From Takakia lepidozioides (taxonomy: Eukaryota; Plantae; Bryophyta): a stretch of 64,000 nucleotides of DNA. The position numbers and the translations under genes are program-made. The notes beneath the pieces were generated by a model that was not told the DNA's origin, did no database searches, and worked only from the letters and a program-made list of their open reading frames with translations. The DNA lies in the NCBI GenBank assembly GCA_030704615.1, contig CM060731.1:46748001-46812000 (forward strand), written 5' to 3'. Positions 49,408 to 60,600 of the stretch are shown here, one piece after another. The stretch's first letter is position 1. Each line of letters opens with the position of its first letter.

Positions 49408-50940
49408 CGTTGTGGTCCCTAATGTGCCATTTTGTCTTGCTGTTATAATCAAACACTTACACGCGGAAAATAAGCACCAAAATTCTTAACGTGCTATAAC
49501 AGATGTGGCTGCAAGTAATGGATGGCGTAATGAAAACTACTTATGTAAAGTGAAATAGATAACACATGAGAAGAATGCCTCTCATTTTAAGATAATAGGG
49601 TCTTCAATGGGCACGTGCGATGTGGCCGGTGGGCCCCGCGCACGGACGCCGGCTCCCCAGCACCCCGCCCGCCCCGCCCGCGCTGCGCGCGGCCAGTCCC
49701 CCCGCCCACGAGTCCGCTGCCTCCAGTCTGCCAGTCGGCTGCCCAGCAGTCTGCCAGTCCGCCAGTCCGGTGCTGGCCAGTCCCCTGCCATCCAGTCCGC
49801 TGACGACGCAGGATTGCCACCGTCCATTCCCATAACCCATCCGAGCCCTCCATTTTTAGGGCTGCGAAAATGGCAATGATCTTCCCACCAAATCCCGGCC
49901 GCTCTCTTTTGACGGCTGTTTGTTGTCCGATGTTGCGGTATGCGTTTCCATGCACGCGACTGTTCCTCTTTTGCGCGCGATGTTCATGATGATGATGAAG
50001 CGTGTGCTTGAACATGAGAGGACTGTCTCGGCACTACAGCCACCATCGTGCATATGCTTCCACTGTTTTTGCCTTCTTGTTGTGCTTTCGGGAACCTTCG
50101 TTTTATGGTTTGGTTCTATGTCATAAATATGGAAAATGCAGACATTTGTCGTCGATAACGTCCTCTGCTTGTGATCCGTCATGATACGTTTAGCCTATCG
50201 CGTGCATAACAGTCAGTTTGGAGGCGGTCTGCTGGAAGTCCGTTTGTTGGGATATCAGTCTGTTGCACTTGTGAATTTGTCAGTCTGTTGTGTCGGAAGT
50301 CTGTTGCACTAAGTCTGTTTGACTTATTATTTTCCCTCTGGTCAGTCTTTTGGCTTGTTCTCCCGCCAGTCTGGCGAAACGTCCGTCTGCTGGACAGTTC
50401 TCCTCTATGGATATCAGTCTGTTGGACTGTACATGCATCAGTCTGTTGTGCCGCGAGTCTGTTCGCAATGGGTGTGTTCAACTTTCCTGTTCTCCCCTTA
50501 CTCTCTTTTGTCTTCATTCCGCTGGCAGGGAAGTGCCTCCAATATGAAGCCGCTTCGGATAGTTGGCGCCTGTGAAATCGCGCCACGTTGGCAGTGCCAT
50601 GCCCACTTTCCCCCTTCTACTTCTACTTTCTCCATTCTCTTCGCGCCTGTTTCTTCGCACTGTTTTGCACTGTTTTGTTTTCCTCTTTGCGTTTCCATCA
50701 CCGTAACGAAAGACGACCGTTCTTCCCCAGGTGTGGAGAGTCGCGGTGAGCCGCGAAGCGTCGCAAACACGCTCGCCTTCGTAACAACTCGAAGTTCATC
50801 GGCTCGGTGAGGTTCTCACTTGCTACGGTGTTTCCATTCCATTCTGTGTCATCTTCTTGCTTAGGGTGAGTCTTTTCATAGGACTTCTATCTGTCGCTCT
50901 GTCGCTCATTGTCCTTGACCCTTCGTTTCATTCTGCAGCA

Positions 50941-51894
50941 ATGGAGGATGCTTGTGAAAAGGGTGGAGCGGACTGGTTGGATTTTGTGCACCAAACCAGA
51001 CTGAAGAAGGAGCGAAGGTACTGGTACTCACCAGACGAGTTTGATCATAAAATAATAGTGGAAGCATTTGTAGACTCCGCGCCCGGAAGCCCAAAAACTC
51101 GAATTGGCAGAAGGACAAGCTCTTCTGTCCTTTCTGTGAAGAGGTAATCAAGGACAAATCCAACTAAATCGGCATTGTGTTGACACGGGTTGCAAGGAGA
51201 CTATTGCAATGATTCCACGGGATTTCAAGCCTTGGCCGATACTGAAAGAAATGTCGATTGTCAAAGAGGCCACAATGCGCTTGCGCGGATCAGTGCTTGA
51301 CCCCCACACTTTGGAATTAGACAAAGTGCGCGCACGGTATGGCGTCCATTGTGGTGGCCCGTCAATGGAGGATTTGCAAGTGCAGGGAACGCCTGACGCT
51401 CCCAGAAAACGTAAACTGAGTGATGGGGCCCAAAAAAATGAGAGGCAAAAAAAGGAGAAGGCTGCAAGGTCTGCTCGCGAGGCAAGGGCAAAATCCACGC
51501 AACAGACTGAACCCCGTCCCGGCGGCAGACCCACACCATCAGTACTGATACTGAAAGTGAATATACTCAGGGCCTGGAAGGGGTAACAAGTCCAGTGGAC
51601 ATTGACTTGTCTGACCAGACTCGACAGCAGACTCACTCAAATATCGCGACCCATGCCATCGGTTTAGGGTCAAAACCAAAAACTCAACAGAGCACTGAAG
51701 GGCCAGTCTGCCCTGGCACATTGCGCCTCATTGACTTTGGGCTTTTCCCACCAGAGTGCCCACCAATTGGGGATCCAGACTTCTTCCGTTATTTCTACAG
51801 AGTTGCCCAGTCAGGTCTGCTACGCACATTCATCCGACAAGCGGAACAGAACTGATTGAACAACTTTGAAGATGAGATGATGATGATGAAGTAG
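50941..51894 (+). CDS. Transposon accessory gene A: zinc-finger protein with NLS (frameshifted as assembled)
   Basis: ATG follows an intron acceptor. Across 1-nt shifts it reads LFCPFCEEVIKDKSNLNRHCVDTGC, then PRKRKL and a basic stretch. Confidence 0.5.
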
Positions 51895-52189
51895 AGAGGA
51901 GGTAATGGTCAGTCTGACCGCCCAGTCTGTTCTCTGTGCTGTTTGAGTCCATCATCGGGGTCACGTTGCCTATTCAGTCCGCTGCGTTCTCTCCTCAGTC
52001 CGTTGGCTCACTCCGCTCGTCAGTTAGTCTGTTTTATATCGCTGCATTACTTACTGAGTCCGTTTGTCAGTCCGCTAGTCCAGTCCACTGGTATAGTCTA
52101 CTAGTTGCCTCCACCCTACCTACGCACGTTACAGTCTGCCGGTCTGTGAGTCCAGTCCGCTGCATGAGGTGAATATAGAGTCCACGTCC

Positions 52190-54233
52190 ATGTTCCTGAC
52201 GTCGAAGTTCTCTGCCGTGTACCAGGATGAACGTGTTTCTATTCGTAGGGCCATTCAGGCTTGGCGGATACCTAACAATGATTCTCCTTTACAAGCGACT
52301 GCAGTGCGTGCGGAAGTGGACCGCGTGCGAGAGTACATATTATTGAAGTATCTTGGGTCATCTGCTGCTATAGCGGCATTACATATTCAAAGACGCGTCG
52401 GGGGGAATGCGTCTGGGACAGCCGAGTCTGCCATCCAGCAGACTCCCATTCAGCAGACCGTCATCCAGCAGACTCCTGTTCAGCAGCCTGTCATCCAGCA
52501 GACTCCAACGGAGCAGACTCCCAACAAACAGCCTGTCATCCTGCAGACTCCTCTCCAGGAGCCCATCATGCAGCCCATGCCAATGGGAAGTCCTGTCATC
52601 CAACAGACTGCAGACCAGCAGACTGACCAGCAGACTGCCTTTCTCTCACATAGCACAACGTTTTTTGCAGTTTGGCGATCGCCATCACCAGTAATTCGAC
52701 CCGGAGTTGAAGACCTCACATTTCCCCGGCTTAGGGTGGGAGAAATTAATCCCCATTTGGATTGGCATAATGAGCTCCACCGGATTGTTGCGGACCGCCG
52801 GTGGTCATTTGTACCCTTTCATTATTCCATGGAGTTTTCTATTGAGGAAGCCAACCATGTTCTAGAAGCCGCCTCTGCTGTTGTCATTGAAGCCACAAAG
52901 CGACCAAATTGCGTCGCCTCTACTTGTGCAGCTGATTCTCATGGATGACCCACGGCCTGAAGACCTCAGACATATGCCTATGGCACATCCAACCTTTGGG
53001 GTGCGAAGAAAGCACTTGTTCGGATTGACTGAGGAGGACTTTGAGCGCATGGCAGCTTCCTTCCTACAACACAAATGGATGCAATTTGGCAATTTCCGCT
53101 CATACAACAAGTTGATGAAGGATCTGCATAGTTTGAGGATGAACTTACTCCATGGAACAGACCATTCACAGAAGTTTGTGGTGATGACGCATTGCACTGG
53201 TTTGCATTGGTGATGGAGGAGCGAGCAGAGTATCGACATTGTTTTGCAGAATCCCAATGTCTTCAAAGTCCTGTGGTGTGGGATCCCAACTGAAGACCGC
53301 ATCGGCGCCATTGCTCATCTCGATGGAGCATGCTTGTGCCGGCAAATCAAGGACATTGGCCTCGTCGGAAATCTCTTGGAAGGTAAAATGTTATGGGCAA
53401 CTTTCGTGTTTCAGCTCAATTTTTTTTGCCAACTTTTTACAAGTTCACATTTGCATAAACATGTGTTGCAGGACGAGTTGATCTGGAGACAAGCAAGTGC
53501 AGGCTGCTTTCGATTCTTTTGCCAGAGGTGCAAGGGACCTTGTCCTGGCTTTACAAGGAGTTCGGGAGACTGTCCAGCAGACTGGCCACAAGAATGTCGA
53601 ACAACATATTCCCCACGAAAGATGTGGGCAGACTGCCCAAGTGCTGGAGACCGAGCATGTGCACCAGACCGTCCGGGGTAATAGGCCGGATCACTCCCAG
53701 CAGACTGCCCCGCACACACATACTCAGTATGTGCAAACAGTACTGAGCGGGGCAGCGCACTTTGCAGACTGCAGCAGACCGAGAACCGACCGGAGAACAG
53801 ACCGGCCAACAGACTGCCCCTCAGCCGACTGTGCAGCAGACCAGCGAACATGGCCACCAGACTGCCCCTTAGCAAACTGTACAGCAGACGACGAATCCAG
53901 CCAGCAGATTGCCCGTGAGCAGACCGGCAGGCAGCGACGAATCCAGCCAGCAGATTGCCCCTCAGCAGACCGTGCAGCAGACCGACGAATCCAGCCAGCA
54001 GATTGCCCTCAGCAGACTGTGCAGCACACTGGCGAACCACTCAGCAGATGGCCGAGCAGACTATCCAGGAGACTAACAGCCAGTCTGTTCCCTGGATTAT
54101 GCAACAGACTCGGATGCACTGGCCTCACCGGGACCCTGTGGACGAATTTCTGTTGAGTTCCCAACAACATTTTTGGATATGCCAGTATGAGTGTTTTGAC
54201 CGAGTCCATTTTTCCCCCAGGCACATTCACTGA
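52190..54233 (+). CDS. Transposon accessory gene B: unknown protein with QQT-rich repeats (frameshifted as assembled)
   Basis: Chain of overlapping ORFs 52169-52948, 52881-53213, 53244-, 53497-, -54233; probable intron ~53383-53471; QQTPIQQTVIQQTPVQQ repeats. Confidence 0.5.
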
Positions 54234-54612
54234 CGACGTCATCAGGTCACCGGTAAAGCATTCTTATCCAGCTCCCCGTGGCCCTTGTCTCTTTTCGAGG
54301 CATTGCAGACTTATATTGTCTTCTTCGTGACATCTACACCTGAAACCTAGCGAATTTTCGAGTATAATGTGCTGCAGGTGCAGGTGCAGACACCCTCTTG
54401 CTGGTTCTCCGCAAAACCCTAGGCCGGGTTTTCCAGGCCTCCATGAAATGTCGTCTCCTTTTCAGAGACATGTTGTTGTTGTCGTTCAGAGGAAAAGCCT
54501 CCGCTGCCCGCAAGGTGTGCAACATACCAGCGCACTTTTCGTCAGGATATCAACGAGCTGCCCTCTGCACATATGAAGAGCAGATCGGGCATGTGCCTCC
54601 AAGTATTTGTCA

Positions 54613-57600
54613 TCACCTACAATGCGAAGTATGTCCGCGAATTCTTGTTCCAATGAGGATGAGTGAGACCTCCAGAGGTGCCTCGTCGTAGGGGAAGTCG
54701 TCCGGAGGATGTCTTTCCATGAATGTGGATTCGTCGTTGCCGCCGGCGCCATTGCCCAAGAGCAAGTTAGGTAATAATCCTCCATGAATGGTTCCCAGCG
54801 TCGTGCCACAAGCGCGCACAAGGAGGCCATCCTGCAGGTCAGGGTGAAGCATCTTCAGGACACGGACCTGATGCTTGCATAAGTTTCCCTTCATTGCCCA
54901 TGGGCACGTGCAACAACCCCAATCGCAATCAGGATTGTAAACAATGTATGTTGTGCCGAGATGGTTGCTGCTGAGAACGTAGGCTGGTTCACCAGGACCC
55001 AAGGGAAGAGTAACACTCTCAGCAGGAATGTCTCGTGCCGAAAGTATAGAACTGGATATGTACTTTTCGTGTTTGTCATTTCTTATGAACCCGTGGGTCT
55101 TCAAATGGATTGCGTACCAATAGTGTGTTAGCACACGGCCAGTGAGTTCCCATATAAGCCAGTCCACTCTACGACCACTCATCTTGTCTTTCCCCATGGC
55201 AAGTCTTGCCTTCAGATTTCTATGGTATGCCTCAATGCTTGCGTTTGTGTCTTGGCTCGCATGAGGGACATGGCGGGCTGCTGTACACCACATTGCTATT
55301 TTGGGCTTCCAGTACTGTTCGATATAGTCAAGAAATTCATGTCCTTTCGGGTATTTTGACCTCATACGACGGATTCTCTTTGCAACCCACTGAAGCGCTC
55401 TTTTCTCGTTGCGTGGTCCCCCTCTACAGTACATGAGGTCTCCCATATCCTTCAACAAGTTTACAGCGGTCACCGGATCCTTTGTTTTCTTGCATGATTG
55501 CTTCACCCATGCCTTGCGGACATGCCAAAGGCAGAAGAAAATGAGTACTCCTTCAAAAACAATTCTGCACAACACACATGGTACACATTAGAGTCTTGGG
55601 ATCGGACTGCAATGGTGGACTGCCGGAGTGGACTGTAACAGCAACCTGTATCAGCGGGCAGAGCCACTGGACTTGCCCAGTGGACAGTACAATGCCATGA
55701 CGTTGATGTGCTGGAATAACCCCATTGGACTACCCAGTGGACTTGTCGCACACCTCACTTCGGTAAACTCCCCTTCAAGTCATAGTTAACCGCTTTGATG
55801 CGCGCGCCTGACTCCCAACCTGGCCGCCGGGCCAACTTGGAGTTTCGGCTACTCACCGGGACATAACGGTCCCCGTTCGCTTCCTCTAAAACCCTCCACC
55901 TATTTGGGACTAGGAGAATTCCCTTTGGTAGATGGCAGTCCGAAACAGCTCCCCACTCTTTGGTCGCTTTCCGGCTCGCACGATTACTCACTAGTTTTTG
56001 GTCACCAACGGGCTTGCACCGTTCTCGGGGTTACTACTCCCTATATATACTTCTGTAGCTGTCCGCGGGGGTTTCATAACCAGCCATGCCATTTTATGGC
56101 GAACCACCACGAAAACCCTCGACTCCCGGTGGTGAGTCGCGGTGAGTCTTGGCCCACTCACCGCGGCCCCAATGGACCGTGATGAGTCCCAAGACTCCCC
56201 ACGACTCCCACCTCGAGGTCTCCACCCCATGGTTAGTCCTATGCCCCCACTAAGTCCCACTAAGCTACCACCACCCCTTGTGGAGCCACCTCCACCGCAA
56301 CCCGGTGTGCGGGGCTCCACCTAGTGAGCGCCTCCGCCTCCTTGAGTGCCTTGGGCACTCAAGGGTGCTTCAGCCCCCCATACCTATCGCCGCCGCTGCC
56401 CCCACCACAGGGGCAGCCCCTCATGTGTCCCGACCCCCTGCCCTCAAGGCAAAGGGCCGCGACACACACCCCTACCAACAGGGAGTCGATGTCCTCATCG
56501 ACTTGTCCATTTTGTAGAAACGAACATCCAAGTTGTGGCGTCCCACATCAAGGAGTTTGTTTCCGTACCATGGCGTCCCATGGCAAAGAACCAAACCCCA
56601 CACTTGACTCCACTCTCCACTAGCTAGTTCGGCCGACTTCCTCCAAGTCCCGGCCAAGGGTGGAGCCTCTCCAGCTCCTCCCAGTGCACTCTTCTTGGCC
56701 TACTTCAAGGCCAAGGAACGATCCTCCCCGAGGATCGAATCGCCTTACTGCAACAACATTGCTTGCGATCGCTCATGATGCCGCTTTTGGCATCACCTTG
56801 AGCAAGGGTTCACCTGGAACCCTCTTTGACTAGGAAGATAACCTTGAACCAACCGCGCGCCCAATCACTACAATTGGGTCCGCCTTGGAATGCTGGCCTG
56901 AGGTACGGGAACACGCCGAAGCCGCACTACGACTTCGTCCCGAGGCTACACGATTATAGTACGTGAACGGAAGCACGTAGCTTCCGCGTTAGCCCGCACT
57001 ACAAGGCAACCCCCTCGGTAGCGCAGTTATAGTACGCGCACGCGCCAGGTGCGCACTAGCACTTGAACTCCCAAATAAGGCGCAAGTTTCCTTGCCCCTT
57101 GGATGGGAGTCACCCGATTTCGGCACTGCGCAAACACACGATTAACCAATTTACCTCTCCACTTTTGTAAGCTAGCATGCATTCTACACACTAGCCAACA
57201 CACCATGCATCACCATTCCAAACACAATAGGACGCACAATATTTGGAACCCATTTCCTTTATAACAAATTTTTGTACAATACAAGTTTTTGCAATCGGAT
57301 TCCTGAGCTAGCTAAACCGGGCTAAGCATGCATTTCCTCCCCCACGCTCCAAGGTTGATGTCCCCATCAACGTTTCTTCCGCTTTTGAGGTCGCCCTTCG
57401 AACGCTGCAACTGCCTCGGATGCGTTTCCCATTTCTGAGGCACGCACCCAAGATGCCTCCACAAGATGATAGCCCTTCCATTTGACGAGATACTCCGTTT
57501 CTCGGTTCTTGAACCTCCTCGACTTAAGTATTGCCTCCACCTCGTACTCGGGTTCATTTTCATGATCCAACAGCATAGGTGGCGGACGCAACACTTGCTG

Positions 57601-60600
57601 CCGATTCGGACGTGCTTCATCTTTGAAGTAAGGCTTCAAAAGGGAGACATGGAATACTGGGTGCACCTTGCTGTTTGCCGGCAGCTCCAATTCATACACA
57701 TCCTCATTCATAACCTCCGAATGCGAAAGGGACCCGCATACGGAGGTACGAACTTCGGACTCACTTCCGGAGGTAGTCGAAAATTCTTGATGTTCAACCA
57801 GACCTCTGTGCCTGCCTCAAACTTCACTTCCCTCCGCTTCCGATTCGCCTGCCTTTCATACCGTTTCCTAGCTTTGGCAATGTTGTACTTTGCGAGCTTC
57901 AACAAACGCTCGTTCTTCCAGTACCGCCGCTACTGCCGGTTCCTCAACGTCCTGGGCGGCCCAACTTGTCGGCACCAAGGTGCTTTTCCATAGACCAACA
58001 CAAAAGGGGAAACTCCCGTCGCGGAGTGTTCTGTGTTATTATAACAGAACTCTGCCGCGTCTAAGTGTTCCATCCAGTCTGATTGTCTGCCGACACGTAA
58101 TTCCGCAAGAATTGCTTCACTACGGAATTCACTCTTTCCGTTTGGCCGTCCGTCGTAGGTCGGAAGGCGGTGCTCATCTTCAGCCTCGTCCCCATCTTCT
58201 TCCAAAGTGCTCTCCAAAATTTACTCGTAAACTTTGGGTCGCGGTCCGAGACAATATCCTTCGGGACTCCATGATGCTTTAAGACGTGGGCGAAGTAAAG
58301 TCGCCCTGTCTCCTGCGCCGTTGCCGTCTCCTTGGTGGGGATGAAATGGGCCATTTTACTGAACCTATCTACCACCACCATGATTGCATCGAATCCTTTT
58401 GACAGCGGCATAGCAGTCATGAAATCCATCGAGACGCTTTCCCAAGTCCCCTCTGGAATCGGCAAGGGTTGTAACAGCCCCGCTTGCTTTTTATACTCGC
58501 TCCGGTTTTGTTGGCATGTGGTGCATGTCTTACATACTCCTCTGCCTCCTCCCTCAGTTTGGGCCAGAAATACTCTTTCTTCAAGAGTGCCGCAGTGCGC
58601 TTGGCTCCACCGTGGCCCGCAAGCGGGCTATCATGGCATTCTCTCAAGAGACTATCCCTGATCCCTCCCTTTGGCACATAGAGACGTTTTTGCTTATACC
58701 GGAGCAGTCCGTTTTGCAAGTGGAACTGCGATTTAACCCCCATTCTCAAGTTCTGCATCACGCACTTTGCCAGCTCATCCTTCCGGCAAGCCTTCCGGAT
58801 CTTCCTTTGGAGCGCCGTCTCGCCCTTGTACACCAACAAGAGCTGCTGCTTTCTACTTAAAGCATCGGCCACCACATTGTCCCGTCCCGGTTTGTACTGG
58901 ATATCCACGTCGAACACTGCCAAAGTATCTTGCCACCTAAGTTGTTTTGGGGACAACTTGGGCTGCGTGGCAAAATACTTCACCGTGACATTGTCCGTGA
59001 ACACCTTCACTGGGTTGGAACCAACATAGTGGCGCCAGAGTTCAAGGCAATGCACCACCGCCTTCATCTCTTTTTCGTGCGTCGGCCACCGTCGCTCCAC
59101 TTCATTCAGTTTCTTACTTTCGTAAGCCACTGGACGTCCATCTTGCATAAGTACACCCCCAATTGCGAAGTCCGATGCATCTGTATGAATCTCAAACGGA
59201 CGATCGAACTCCGGGATTTTTAAGACTGGAGCTTCCGTCATCCGCTGCTTCAATTCAGCAAAAGCTTGGCCACAAAATGTGTTCCATACCCAGACTTTGG
59301 ATTTACACAGAAGGTCCGACAGCGGCCCCGCGATCTTGGCGAAATTTCTCACATACTTCCGGTAATAGGAGGCGAGTCCTAGGAAGGATCGCACTCCCGG
59401 ACCGAAGTCGGAGGCTCCCAGTCCAAGATCGCCCTCACCTTTCTGTCATCCATTTTGATCCCATCCTGTGTATCACGTGCCCCAAGAACTCCACTTTTGT
59501 GACCCCGAATTCGCACTTTGAAGCTTTGGCATACAGCTTCCCTTCTCGCAATTTTTGGAACACCCTTTTGAGGTGCTCCAGGTGCTCCTCCTTTGTTTTC
59601 GAGTACACCAAGATGTCGTCGATACACGATCACAAAGTCATCCAACCACTCCTGGAAAAGGCTGTTCATCAGCGTGCTAAATGTCGCTGGTGCATTGGTG
59701 AGCCCAAAAGGCATCACCAAGAACTCATATGAACCATACCTTGTCCTGCACGCGGTCTTCTCCTCATCTCCTTCCGCCACCCGAATTTGGTGATAGCCGG
59801 AGCGCAAGTCGATCCGGCTGAAATACTTCGCTCCTGCCAACCGATCGAAGAGGTCGTCGATCCTTGGCAAAGGGTACCGGTTTTTGATAGTCACCTTATT
59901 CAGAGCCCTGTAATCGACACACATCCGCAGCGTCCCATCCTTCTTGTCTGCAAATAGCACCGGGGCTCCGTAAGGTGACTTACTCGGCCGGATGTACCCC
60001 TTTGACATTAGATCTTTGAGCTGAGTCTTCAGCTCGACCAACTCTTTGTGGCTCAACCGTAGGGCGCCTTGGCAGGCGGTTCCGATCCCGTATCACCTCA
60101 ATTTGTGGTCAACTCCTCTTCGCGCGGTGGCAAGCCGCTTGGTAAATCCTCCGGCATCACATCCTGGTATTTCTCCAAAATCCCCTTGATCCAATCTGGG
60201 CTCGCTCCCCATCGCCTTCTCCTTTCACTTCTCTAATGTAAAGCAAAAACTGGACTCGTGTGTCTCCTCCACGGCCCACTCCTTTGCTGATAGGTTTTCG
60301 CCCTCCCACGGATTTGGGCGTTTCCGACACTCGTAAAACCTCGCCACCATTCCCACATGGCAGCGTGACTACTCTCTTGCGGCCATCTATGACCGCTCCG
60401 GATTTGCTCAAAAAGGTCATTCCCAAAATGAGATCCACTCCATCGATCTCGCAGATAGTGAAAGTTCTCACGTCCCTCCCAACTCCCCAGTTGAAGAGGA
60501 ACATCAAACGCCAACCTTGTCGCCAACTGAGGTTCTCCTTTGGCAGAGCGCACCTCAATAGAGGCCCCCACGTCACTTGTCGGGAGTCCCAACTTTCGCG

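Noticed and set aside
53411-54040. 209-aa minus-strand ORF and similar antisense ORFs over the motif arrays
   Set aside because: They are by-products of stop-poor low-complexity repeats.
55904-56627. ORFs in the LTR, duplicated at 62145-62785
   Set aside because: GC-rich LTR sequence with overlapping short ORFs on both strands and no recognisable domain.
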